From positions 1-47,329 of the IMG/VR virus record IMGVR_UViG_3300031938_000007: DNA of 47,329 bases. One strand, written 5' to 3'. Below the pieces are notes generated by a model. That model did not search any database. It saw only the letters and a program-made list of their open reading frames with translations, and was not told the origin of the DNA. Made by a program: the position numbers and the translations under genes. Positions 7,853 to 16,643 of the stretch are shown in pieces. Each line of letters begins with the position of its first letter. Within the stretch, counting starts at the first letter, position 1. The DNA comes from a virus. Its lineage: Duplodnaviria; Caudoviricetes.

Positions 7853-8122
7853 ATGCCCGAACCCCGGTTCAGCCCCGCCTGGCTGCACTACCAGGACTTC
7901 TCCCGCAAGGTGGGCATCCAGGCGTGGCTGACCGACCACGGGGTGAACCTAGAGACCTGCGCGGGCTTCGACCTAGAGCACGAGGGCGCCAAGGTCATCC
8001 TGGTGTACTACGTCTACGACCCGGGCCCCGATGGCAACCCCCAGCTGCGCGACGGGGAGCCGGTGATCAGCCCTCGCCGCGTGGCCACCACGTGGCTGCC
8101 CGAGGGCCTTGGGCACTGGTGA
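7853..8122 (+). CDS. Hypothetical protein
   Basis: ATG 7853; stop overlaps the next start. Confidence 0.55.
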   Translation: MPEPRFSPAWLHYQDFSRKVGIQAWLTDHGVNLETCAGFDLEHEGAKVILVYYVYDPGPDGNPQLRDGEPVISPRRVATTWLPEGLGHW

Positions 8123-8331
8123 TGGCGGGGTTCACCGAACAACGAAAGCTCGTCAAGAGCTTGCAAAAACAGGGTTTCAAGGTCACACAGACCAAGAAGA
8201 ACCACTTTAAGGTGTATTCTCCAGACGGAGAGAGGGTGGCATTTCTGGGCGGGACTCCTGGCGACCACCGCAGCTGGAAGAACCAGATCTCCATCCTGAG
8301 ACACATGGGGTACCGGCACCACAAGGAGTAG
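8122..8331 (+). CDS. HicA-like (dsRBD-fold) small basic protein
   Basis: RKLVKSLQKQGFKV.QTKKNHFKVYSPDG..V....TP.D.R...N....LR pattern seen in phage HicA-like proteins. Confidence 0.65.
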   Translation: MAGFTEQRKLVKSLQKQGFKVTQTKKNHFKVYSPDGERVAFLGGTPGDHRSWKNQISILRHMGYRHHKE

Positions 8332-8333
8332 CG

Positions 8334-8612
8334 ATGGGCGCACCACAGACCCGCACCAAGATGATGGCCGAGGGCTTCGTGCCCCGCCGTCGGGGGCGGC
8401 GCCCGTTGGTGGACATCGACCCGTTCATCACCGCCGTCCGGCTGGCTCAAGGCCGCTGGGTCTCCTTCGAGATCCCCAGCTCCAGCGAGGCCAACTCGGT
8501 GCTGCGCCAGCTGCGCAAGGAGGGCGACGTGGAGACCACCAGCGCCCTGCGCGAGAGCGGCAAGACCGTCTACGCCCGGGTGCGCCTTGACGGTGCCGCC
8601 ACCAGGGCCTAG
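8334..8612 (+). CDS. Hypothetical basic protein
   Basis: RBS AAGGAG; PRRRGRRP basic stretch; coupled to the upstream gene. Confidence 0.6.
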   Translation: MGAPQTRTKMMAEGFVPRRRGRRPLVDIDPFITAVRLAQGRWVSFEIPSSSEANSVLRQLRKEGDVETTSALRESGKTVYARVRLDGAATRA

Positions 8613-8678
8613 CCTCCGGCTAGATCCCCCTCCACAGGATCCTCAGGCCGAGGACCCGCTGCCCATCGGCCTGGGTGT

Positions 8679-8713
8679 AGAGGACCCCCTAGCTCACGCC
8701 TAGGGGGTCTTCT
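8679..8713 (+). terminator. Stem-loop, probable terminator
   Basis: AGAGGACCCCCTAG-ctcacgc-CTAGGGGGTCTTCT inverted repeat after the small-gene cluster. Confidence 0.6.
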
Positions 8714-8734
8714 GCGTGTGGCGACACTATGGGC

Positions 8735-8875
8735 ATGAAGGACAAGACTCACCTCGCCGCCGTCGCCGTCGTCAACGCCGCTCAACTGATGGGTGAGGTC
8801 TACCTCATCTTGTTCCAGGAGCTGATGCTGGCCATCCAGCGCCGGGCCCAAGCAGTGGCCCAGCGCTATGCCTAG
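8735..8875 (+). CDS. Possible small protein (46 aa, MKDKTHLAAVAVVNAAQLMGEVYLILFQELMLAIQRRAQAVAQRYA)
   Basis: Fills the gap before the portal; GC3-rich codons; below the ORF-track cutoff. Confidence 0.4.
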   Translation: MKDKTHLAAVAVVNAAQLMGEVYLILFQELMLAIQRRAQAVAQRYA

Positions 8876-9027
8876 GACCATCAGCGAGCAGCTCCAGGCC
8901 AAGGGCTGGGAGCACTACGCCGAGGGTCATGCCTGCTGCGCCGGGCAGTTGTGGGCGCTGGCGGTCCGGGCTGCCTCCCAGGCTTGGGTGGTGAGTCCGG
9001 AGAGGATGGAAGAGACCGAGGAGAGCC

Positions 9028-10962
9028 GTGCCTGATCAGCAAATGAACTACGCCGACGTCCTGCGCTACGACGACCAAAGCGACCCGCAGGCCTCTGGCG
9101 GGGTGCCCGCCATGCCCTTTGCCGAGCTGGGCGGCACCGGCCTGAAGCGGGCCAGCGGGATCATCGACGAGGAGTTCCTGCCCGCGCTGCGTGGCCGCAA
9201 GGCGGTCAAGGTCTACCGCGAGATGAGCGACAACGACCCCATGGTGGGGGCGCTGCTGTTCGCCATCGAGAAGCTGCTGCGCCAGGTCTCCTGGCGGGTG
9301 GAGTCCTCCGACACCACCCCCGAGGCCACCGCGGCATCGGACTTCCTCGAAGAGTGCATGGACGACATGTCGCACACCTGGGGCGACCTGATCTCCGAGA
9401 TCCTGTCCTGCCTGGTCTACGGCTGGTCCTGGCACGAGATCGTCTACAAGAAGCGGATCGGGCCCTGGGAGAAGGACCCCTCCAAGCGCTCCAAGTTCAC
9501 CGACGGCAAGATCGGCTGGCGCAAGATCCCGATCCGGTCCCAGGAGACCCTGCTGCGCTGGATGTTCGATGAGACCGGCGGCGTGCAGGCCATGGTCCAG
9601 ATCGCCCCGCCGTACTACGACACCACGGTGCTGCCGATCAACAAGTCGCTGCTGTTCCGCACCGGGCTGCACAAGGGCAACCCCGAGGGCCGCAGCCTGC
9701 TGCGCAACTCCTACCGGCCGTGGTTCATGAAGAAGCGCCTGGAGGAGTTCGAGGCGATCGGCGTCGAGCGGGACCTGGCCGGTATGCCGGTGGCCAAGGT
9801 GCCCAGCTCCTACATGAACGCCGCCAAGGGCACCCGGGAGAACAACGCCTTCCAGGCCTTCAAGCGGATGGTCCAGAACGTGCGCCGCGACGAGCACGAG
9901 GGCCTGGTGCTGCCGCTGGAGTACGACCCGGTCACCAAGCAGCCGATGTTCGACTTCGAGCTGATGAGCTCGGGTGGGGCGCGCAGCTTCGACACCTCGG
10001 CGATCATCCAGCGCTACGAGCAGCGCATCCTGATGACCACCCTGGCCGACTTCATCCTGGTCGGCCACGAGGGGGTCGGCTCCTACTCGATGCACGTGGA
10101 CAAGACCGGCATCTTCCGGGCCGCGCTGAACACCATCGCCGAGGCCATCGCCGACACCTTCAACCGGCACGCCATCCCCCGGCTGTTCGAGCTCAACGCC
10201 TGGAAGCTGGACGAGCTGCCGCGGATCGTGCCGAACAACGTCGACCCGCCCGACCTGGCCCAGCTGGGGCAGTTCATGACCCAGATGGCGGGCCTGGGGA
10301 TGGAGTTCTTCCCCGACCCCGACCTGGAGAAGTTCCTGCGCGAGACCGCCCACCTGCCCGAGATGCCCGAGCAGGTGCTGGACCTGCGCCGCCAGATGGC
10401 CTCCCAGAACAACCTGATGAACTACGCCCAGTCCAACATGGACCTGGAGGGCATGGCCCAGCAGGAGCAGCTGGTGGCCCAGGGGCACAGCCCGCAGCAG
10501 GCCGCGATGAGTGCCGAGCAGCCCAACGAGGCGATGGCCACCGACCAGGCGGTCAACGAGCAGGTGGGTCAGGCCCGGGCCGCGATGCACCCCGAGGTGC
10601 AGGCCTCCCAGGCCCAGCAGATGGCCCAGCAGCAGCAGACGGAGCTGCAGCAGCAGCAGGCCCAGATGCAGCTGCAGGCCCAGGACCCCAACGCCCAGGC
10701 CCAGGCCGCCAACGACCAGCAGAGCCGCGAGCTGGACCTGCAGGGCAAGCAGGTCGACCAGGCCATGAAGGAGCGCGACCACGCCCGCGACCAGCAGGCC
10801 AAGGACGCCGACTTCAAGCGCGACCAGCAGGGCAAGGACGCCGACGCGGCGCGGGAGACCAGGCTCAAGGAAGCCGAGCTCAAGCGCAAGGAGCGCGAGG
10901 CCAAGATCAAGGCCCGCAACGGTGTCACCCCGCCCAAGACCAAGAAGAAGGCAAAGAGATGA
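9028..10962 (+). CDS. Portal protein with Gln-rich, basic C-terminal extension
   Basis: ELG.TGL....G.I.EEFL..LRG....KVY.EM..ND, YGWS.HEIVYK, GNPEGRSLLR..YRPW, GVERDLAG.P; position after terL. Confidence 0.9.
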   Translation: MPDQQMNYADVLRYDDQSDPQASGGVPAMPFAELGGTGLKRASGIIDEEFLPALRGRKAVKVYREMSDNDPMVGALLFAIEKLLRQVSWRVESSDTTPEATAASDFLEECMDDMSHTWGDLISEILSCLVYGWSWHEIVYKKRIGPWEKDPSKRSKFTDGKIGWRKIPIRSQETLLRWMFDETGGVQAMVQIAPPYYDTTVLPINKSLLFRTGLHKGNPEGRSLLRNSYRPWFMKKRLEEFEAIGVERDLAGMPVAKVPSSYMNAAKGTRENNAFQAFKRMVQNVRRDEHEGLVLPLEYDPVTKQPMFDFELMSSGGARSFDTSAIIQRYEQRILMTTLADFILVGHEGVGSYSMHVDKTGIFRAALNTIAEAIADTFNRHAIPRLFELNAWKLDELPRIVPNNVDPPDLAQLGQFMTQMAGLGMEFFPDPDLEKFLRETAHLPEMPEQVLDLRRQMASQNNLMNYAQSNMDLEGMAQQEQLVAQGHSPQQAAMSAEQPNEAMATDQAVNEQVGQARAAMHPEVQASQAQQMAQQQQTELQQQQAQMQLQAQDPNAQAQAANDQQSRELDLQGKQVDQAMKERDHARDQQAKDADFKRDQQGKDADAARETRLKEAELKRKEREAKIKARNGVTPPKTKKKAKR

Positions 10963-11558
10963 GTGAAGAGCAGGTCTCGTTCACCTACGGCGACTACTGG
11001 GCCAACCGCAAGCTGGCGGACAAGACCGCCGCCAACGCCTACGCCTGGGATGCCGGGGTGGGCAGCTGGACGATGACCCCCGGTGGCTCCAGGGTGGGGG
11101 CTCTGGCCACCTTCCGGGCCCAGGGCTCGGACTCGCTGACGACCTACCCGGTGACCGCCAACAACTACACCTATGTGCCCGCCGAGGCACAGGCGGTCAA
11201 TACCAGCGTGGCCACCGTGGATGGCTCGGGGCGCGTGGTCTGCGCCGAGAACGGGCTGTACACGATGAACCTGTCGGTCTACGTGGGCACCGCCTCCGCG
11301 CCCCCGGCGGGCAGCGTGGAGAAGATGATCTACGCCTCGCTGGACTGGGGCGGCGCGCAGCGCCCGCAGGGTTCCTCCCCCTACGCGGCGTACTACTCGG
11401 TGGACTACTCCTGGCTGTTCGCCAACGAGCAGCTGGTGCTGACCGGATCCTCGACCCTGGTGGCAGGACCGCAGACCACCTTCCGCCCCATGGTCTATGC
11501 CGGAACCCTGAACTGGGCGATCTCCGGGTTCGACCTGCTGATCGTCAGAGCTGGCTGA
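10959..11558 (+). CDS. Hypothetical beta-rich protein, possibly a virion component
   Basis: ATGA overlap with the portal stop; aromatic and S/T-rich. Confidence 0.6.
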   Translation: MSEEQVSFTYGDYWANRKLADKTAANAYAWDAGVGSWTMTPGGSRVGALATFRAQGSDSLTTYPVTANNYTYVPAEAQAVNTSVATVDGSGRVVCAENGLYTMNLSVYVGTASAPPAGSVEKMIYASLDWGGAQRPQGSSPYAAYYSVDYSWLFANEQLVLTGSSTLVAGPQTTFRPMVYAGTLNWAISGFDLLIVRAG

Positions 11559-11562
11559 GGCC

Positions 11563-11850
11563 ATGAGCCACGAGCCGCACCTGACCCTGGCGGGCAACTC
11601 CTGCGAGGTGCACAAGTACCACTGGCCGCGCCCACTGCGCACCGTCAAGCACCACATCTGGCCCCAGGAGTACGGCGGCCCCACGGTGCCCACCAACCTG
11701 GTGCTGGTCTGCGACACCGGCCACTACAACATCCACGCCGTGCTCGACGCCCTGCTCAAGGGCACCACCCCACCCAAGACCCACAAGGCCGAGCAGTCCC
11801 TGGCGCTGGCCGGGTACGCGGCGATCAAGAAGGCGGCCCCCCATGCCTAA
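11563..11850 (+). CDS. Small HNH-type nuclease
   Basis: C..H...HHIWPQEYGG...TNLVLVCDTGHYNIH. Confidence 0.75.
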   Translation: MSHEPHLTLAGNSCEVHKYHWPRPLRTVKHHIWPQEYGGPTVPTNLVLVCDTGHYNIHAVLDALLKGTTPPKTHKAEQSLALAGYAAIKKAAPHA

Positions 11851-12493
11851 CCGTGTCCTTGACTGGAAGCCCCGCTACGACCCCCGGTCGCTGAGCTACA
11901 CGATCGCCAAGACCGAGCCCAACCTGCACGTGCGCAACTGCATCTGGCGCCGGGACACCTGGCTGGACCAGGGCCAGGAGGGGGCCTGCGTGGGCTTCTC
12001 CGGGGCGCATGTCATGTCCACCACCCCCAAGGCCATCCAGCCGCGCTACACCCAGGCAGGTGCCGAGGACCTGTACCACGCGGCCCAGCGCAACGATCAG
12101 TGGCCGGGGGAGGACTACGAGGGCTCCTCGGTGCTGGGCGCCATGCAGGCCCTCAAGGCCGAGAAGCAGATCAGCAAGTACCGCTGGTGCACCACCTTGG
12201 AGGAGGTCCAGCACGCGGTGTCCTACCTGGGCCCGGTGCAGATCGGCATCAACTGGTATCAGGACATGTTCACCCCCGATGACAAGGGCTTTCTGCACCG
12301 CAGCGGAAAGCTCGCCGGGGGTCACGCCATTTGCGTTGGCGGCATCGATTTTCGCAGGGAAGCAGTGCTGCTCTACAACTCCTGGGGAAAGGACTGGGGC
12401 GTTGACGGCAACGCCTGGCTGTCCTTCTCCGACCTGGAGCAGCTCATCAAGGAGGACGGGGAGTTCGCCATCCCCTCCAAGACGAAGGGCTAA
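11843..12493 (+). CDS. Papain-like cysteine peptidase (C1 family)
   Basis: LDQGQEGACVGFS (oxyanion Gln, catalytic Cys), GGHAIC (His), YNSWGKDWG (Asn). Confidence 0.85.
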   Translation: MPNRVLDWKPRYDPRSLSYTIAKTEPNLHVRNCIWRRDTWLDQGQEGACVGFSGAHVMSTTPKAIQPRYTQAGAEDLYHAAQRNDQWPGEDYEGSSVLGAMQALKAEKQISKYRWCTTLEEVQHAVSYLGPVQIGINWYQDMFTPDDKGFLHRSGKLAGGHAICVGGIDFRREAVLLYNSWGKDWGVDGNAWLSFSDLEQLIKEDGEFAIPSKTKG

Positions 12494-12495
12494 CC

Positions 12496-13410
12496 ATGCA
12501 CAGACGTGTCATCGCCGTTCTCGCGGCATTCGCCTTAGCTGCCATCGGGATTGGAGTCACTGCCACCGATGCCAATGCACTGGCCAAGATCAAGTGCAAG
12601 CAGACCACCGGGACGGCCAATGTCGATCCCATCGTGCGACATAACGAAGAGCCCTCGATGATGCAGCACCTGCATCAGTTCTTCGGCAACAACTCCTGGC
12701 TGAGCCTGGCCAACCCCAACACGGCCAACCTCGGTGACCTCAAGGGCCAGGGCACCAACTGCGCCGACACCGGGGACACCGCCGGGTACTGGGTGCCCGC
12801 CGTGGTGGACACCCGCACCGGCAAGACGCTGGCTCCGCAGGCCTTCACCGCCTACTACCGCACCTTCGATGGCAAGAGCCACGGCCCGGCCTCCAGCGCC
12901 GAGCTGTTCCCGCCGGACACCCGCCTGGTGGCCCCGCAGACCTCGGTCTCCCCCGGGGCGCACGGCTGGTCCTGCGGGCAGTTCTCCGGCACCGGCAGCA
13001 CCGCCACCATCCCGGACTGCTCCAACCTGTCCCAGAAGGCGGGCTACGTGCTCACCGCGCACATCAACTTCCCGTCCTGCTGGGATGGCGTCAAGCCCAC
13101 CCACAGTGCCAGCGACACCGGGGACACCCGGGACAACGCCCACTACGCCTACCCGGTCAAGAGCGGCAAGAACTGGGTCTGCCCCTCCGCCTTCCCGCGC
13201 AAGATGCTCCAGCTGCGCGAGACCATCCAGTTCCCCAACCCGGACAAGGTCCCGGTGCAGTACCTGGCGGTCACCTCCGACGCCATGGCCAACACCACCA
13301 ACGGCGCCTCGATGCACGCCGACTTCTGGCAGGCCTGGGAGGACGACGCGTTCCTGACCATGCAGCAGACCTGCATCGTGGGCACCGCCAAGTCCTCACT
13401 CTGCGGTTGA
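12496..13410 (+). CDS. Secreted DUF1996-domain protein
   Basis: Signal peptide MHRRVIAVLAAFALAAIG; DPIV...HLHQFFGN, GYWVP, FPSCWDG, CP..FP, MHADF motifs. Confidence 0.8.
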   Translation: MHRRVIAVLAAFALAAIGIGVTATDANALAKIKCKQTTGTANVDPIVRHNEEPSMMQHLHQFFGNNSWLSLANPNTANLGDLKGQGTNCADTGDTAGYWVPAVVDTRTGKTLAPQAFTAYYRTFDGKSHGPASSAELFPPDTRLVAPQTSVSPGAHGWSCGQFSGTGSTATIPDCSNLSQKAGYVLTAHINFPSCWDGVKPTHSASDTGDTRDNAHYAYPVKSGKNWVCPSAFPRKMLQLRETIQFPNPDKVPVQYLAVTSDAMANTTNGASMHADFWQAWEDDAFLTMQQTCIVGTAKSSLCG

Positions 13411-13413
13411 TCC

Positions 13414-13695
13414 ATGAGCTCCGACCAGTACCGCTTGATTCACGTGCTCATCGTCGCGCTGCGCGTGTTGGCCGGAGCCTTCTGGATCCAGGGGGTGGTC
13501 CGCGGCTCTGATGCGCTGCGGATCGCCTCCGACGCCTCGGTGCCCAGCTGGTGGGTCTGGGTGTCCGCGGTGTTCTCCCTGGTCTTCTTCTTCACCGGCT
13601 CCTGGCTGTGGTTCGGCGCCCGGTATGCCAACCGGTTCGCCAAGAGCTTTGACGACCATCCCTCCAACCCCCGAAAGCACAGGACGAAGACGTGA
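13414..13695 (+). CDS. Small membrane protein (2 predicted TM helices)
   Basis: Two hydrophobic segments and a basic C-terminus. Confidence 0.6.
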   Translation: MSSDQYRLIHVLIVALRVLAGAFWIQGVVRGSDALRIASDASVPSWWVWVSAVFSLVFFFTGSWLWFGARYANRFAKSFDDHPSNPRKHRTKT

Positions 13696-15086
13696 ATGAC
13701 GACCTGGGTGTGGAGAAGATGGCCCCACGGGACATCCCACACGTGGCTGGGGCGCACTGGACGGTCAAGCTCTCCCGGGTGGCCGACCGGGTCGAGCCGT
13801 ATGCCGCCAAGCGGCGCAAGCCCACCCCGCGGCCTCTGGTGGATCGGCACCTGCCCACCGTCAAGCGGGTGGGCTCCAAGGTGATCACCACCGGACGCAC
13901 CAAGGCGGCCGAGACCATCCGCAGCGTCTCCTACGACGTGTCCAGCCTCAACGACAAGGACAAGCTGATCCGCGAGACCGCCAGCGGACAGGGGCGGCTG
14001 CGCCCGGCGGTGGCCAAGTCCTTCATCCCCGGCCAGGGGTACGTCAAGGCCACGGAGGCGGGCGCTGAAGCGCTGCGTCGAGGCGCCAAGCTGCGCTCTT
14101 CCCATGGCTATGAGGCCACCCGGATGGGCAAGAAGGGCAAGCAGCGGATCCGGTTCAACACGGCCACCGGCGAGGTGGACCCCAACAACGCCGTGACCTA
14201 TCGCCGGTACCTGAGCAGCATGCGGGATGCGATCAACATCCACGAGGGCCAGCCGACTCGGACCATCCAGACCAAGCGCGGGAAGATCACCCTCATCCAG
14301 GCCAATCCGGGGAAGATCGACCGCAACGCTCTTGCCTACGCCGTGACCTTGGGCGGTCGCCGGGGCGAACGCTACATCGTTGCCCCCGCTGACACCGACG
14401 CGCAGACCCTGGCCCACGAGATAGCCCATCTGACCCCCAAGCGCTCCTCGTACCGTACCTTCCAGAACCACCTCAACGGCAAGCGGGGCAGCGAGGAGGC
14501 CAGGGCCGACATGACCGGGGCGTCCTACTTCCGCATCCAGCCTGGTGCGGGCGAAGCGAGCGCCCACAGCGGATACGCGGCGGCGGCCTCCGACCCGGGG
14601 TACCAGATGCTTTCTCATCTCGTTGGCTCAGGTCTCAGCCCCCGGGAAGCCGGTGACTACCGCATGGTCCAGGACAAAATCGCCATCGCTCGGGGCGCAC
14701 GGATCAAGACGGAGGACGACAAGAGACTGGGTCCGGGCCAACACTTCTACTCCCCGGCCTGGGGATACAAGGCCCCTGAGCCCAAGCCGGACTTTGGCAC
14801 TCCCGGTGATGCGTTCCACGGCAACCAGTACGTCGACTGGAGGCGACGCAAGCGCCGGAACCGAGCCATCCGGTATGCCGCGGGCGGCACCGTAGGAGCT
14901 GGTGTGGGCGTCGCGGCCTATCGAGACCACAAGGTGAACAAGTCCTACCAGCCCTGGGATGGCATCCGTTCGGAGGTCTCCAAGATGGGCCCGGATCCGA
15001 GTGAGTTGCACGTGGCCGGATCCTCAGGACAGAGGCGTGGTCGCCTGCGCAAGTGTCCGCCCGACGCGATCCGGAGAATCCGATGA
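13692..15086 (+). CDS. Basic protein with HExxH zincin-like motif, putative head-associated cargo
   Basis: TLAHEIAH...SEEARAD; FHGNQY motif; VEKM, VAKS, VNKS, VSKM sites. Confidence 0.65.
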   Translation: MNDDLGVEKMAPRDIPHVAGAHWTVKLSRVADRVEPYAAKRRKPTPRPLVDRHLPTVKRVGSKVITTGRTKAAETIRSVSYDVSSLNDKDKLIRETASGQGRLRPAVAKSFIPGQGYVKATEAGAEALRRGAKLRSSHGYEATRMGKKGKQRIRFNTATGEVDPNNAVTYRRYLSSMRDAINIHEGQPTRTIQTKRGKITLIQANPGKIDRNALAYAVTLGGRRGERYIVAPADTDAQTLAHEIAHLTPKRSSYRTFQNHLNGKRGSEEARADMTGASYFRIQPGAGEASAHSGYAAAASDPGYQMLSHLVGSGLSPREAGDYRMVQDKIAIARGARIKTEDDKRLGPGQHFYSPAWGYKAPEPKPDFGTPGDAFHGNQYVDWRRRKRRNRAIRYAAGGTVGAGVGVAAYRDHKVNKSYQPWDGIRSEVSKMGPDPSELHVAGSSGQRRGRLRKCPPDAIRRIR

Positions 15087-15922
15087 GCACGATCTACAGC
15101 CCCAACAAGTACGAGGGCCGGATCTCCCCGATCCGGGTGATCGTGCTGCACACCATGGAGACCGACGAGGACGGCTCGGTCGCCGAGGCGGTGGGCAACT
15201 ACTTCGCCAAGCCCACCACCCAGGCCAGCGCGCACCTGGGCGTGGACACCGACTCCACCTGTCGCTACGTGGACGACAACGACACCGCCTGGGCCGCCCC
15301 GGGAGCCAACGCCGATGGGCTGCAGCTGGAGATGGCCGGTCGAGCCGGGCAGACCACCGGGCAGTGGGACGACGCGTCCTCCCAGGCGATCCTGACCCGG
15401 GGGGCCATCGAGGTGGCCAACTGGTGTGCCGCCTACAAGATCCCGGCCTCCTACCTGACCGACGCCCAGCTGGCCGATGGCAAGACCAAGGGCATCACCA
15501 CCCACGTCCAGGTGTCCCGGGTGTTCAAGCGCTCCACCCACTGGGACCCGGGCCCGAACTTCCCGGTCAACTTCTTCCTGACCCTGGTGCACGCCAACCT
15601 GCCCGCCACCCCGCCGACCCCGGCCAAGCCCAAGTACCCGGCCAAGCCGTTCGTGGCCCAGCTGACCGTGGACGGGATCCTGGGGGTGCGCACCATCGCT
15701 CGCTGGCAGCAGATCCTGCACACCCCGGTCGACGGGGTCATCTCCCGGCCCAGCCTGCTGATCAGGGCGGTCCAGAAGGTCGTGGGGGTCAGCGTGGACG
15801 GCATCTTGGGGCCGGTCACCTGGAAGGGCGTCCAGCGCCGCCTCAAGGTCACCCCGGACGGCATCGCCGGTCCGGTCACCATCTCCGCCCTGCAGCGGCG
15901 GCTCAACACCGGAGCGTTCTAG
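15083..15922 (+). CDS. Endolysin: N-acetylmuramoyl-L-alanine amidase with C-terminal peptidoglycan-binding repeats
   Basis: IVLHTME, SAHL.VD, AWAA..AN..G...E, ITTH..V, HWDPG; three (V)DG(I/V).G..T repeats. Confidence 0.9.
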   Translation: MSTIYSPNKYEGRISPIRVIVLHTMETDEDGSVAEAVGNYFAKPTTQASAHLGVDTDSTCRYVDDNDTAWAAPGANADGLQLEMAGRAGQTTGQWDDASSQAILTRGAIEVANWCAAYKIPASYLTDAQLADGKTKGITTHVQVSRVFKRSTHWDPGPNFPVNFFLTLVHANLPATPPTPAKPKYPAKPFVAQLTVDGILGVRTIARWQQILHTPVDGVISRPSLLIRAVQKVVGVSVDGILGPVTWKGVQRRLKVTPDGIAGPVTISALQRRLNTGAF

Positions 15923-16162
15923 ATGTCCAAGGTCGACCAGATCCTGCCCTACGCCAAGGCCATCGTCGGCTTCGTTGCCCCGGTTGCCAGCTCGCTCATC
16001 GCGGCCACCCAGAACGGCACGCCGGGAGGCAGCACCATCACCGGCACCGAGTGGCTGGTCTCGCTGCTCACCGGTGTGGTGACCGCCAGCGTCGTCTGGT
16101 CGGTACCCAACAAGGACCCCCAGGCCGAGCACCAGCAAGAGTCAGTGCAGCCACCGGCATGA
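15923..16162 (+). CDS. Putative holin
   Basis: Immediately after the endolysin; YAKAIVG...IT..EW......V.VW.VPN pattern with two hydrophobic segments. Confidence 0.7.
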   Translation: MSKVDQILPYAKAIVGFVAPVASSLIAATQNGTPGGSTITGTEWLVSLLTGVVTASVVWSVPNKDPQAEHQQESVQPPA

Positions 16163-16410
16163 GCCTGTGGACGGTCGGCTGGCTGCTCTGGGTCGCGGCG
16201 TTCGCGGTCGAGGAGGGCTTCGCGCTGACCAACAAGGTCAACGGGGACACCCTGTCCGAGCACGTCTGGAAGTGGTTCGCCATCCCCCAGGCGGGCTCCA
16301 AGGATGACGGCAAGCGTCCCAGGACGGTGGGCCTACGACTGAGGCGCTTCGCCCTGCTGGCCTTCATGGCTTGGCTGGTGTTGCACTTCGTCACCGGCGG
16401 CAAGTTCTGA
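16159..16410 (+). CDS. Membrane protein in the lysis cassette
   Basis: Two TM segments around GDTLSEHVWKWF; ends WLVLHF. Confidence 0.65.
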   Translation: MSLWTVGWLLWVAAFAVEEGFALTNKVNGDTLSEHVWKWFAIPQAGSKDDGKRPRTVGLRLRRFALLAFMAWLVLHFVTGGKF

Positions 16411-16616
16411 TGCGTCGCTTCCACCTGGTCCGCCACCGCGATCCCTCGGGGATCTCCGGGACCGGGATCGTGGCCGACGGGGTGCAGTTCCGCGACGGGC
16501 AGGTGGTGGTGCGCTGGCGAGGGGAGCGGTCCTCCACCGTGATCTGGCCTGGGATCGAGGATGTGCAGGCCATTCACGGCCATGGCGGAGCCACCACCAT
16601 CGCCTGGGAGGACTGA
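16410..16616 (+). CDS. Conserved small actinophage hypothetical protein
   Basis: RRF.L.R..D.SG.SGTG.VA.GV.F.DG.VV.RW...HGH.G.T pattern. Confidence 0.7.
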   Translation: MRRFHLVRHRDPSGISGTGIVADGVQFRDGQVVVRWRGERSSTVIWPGIEDVQAIHGHGGATTIAWED

Positions 16617-16643
16617 CCCGAGAAGATAGACCCAGGAGGTCTG

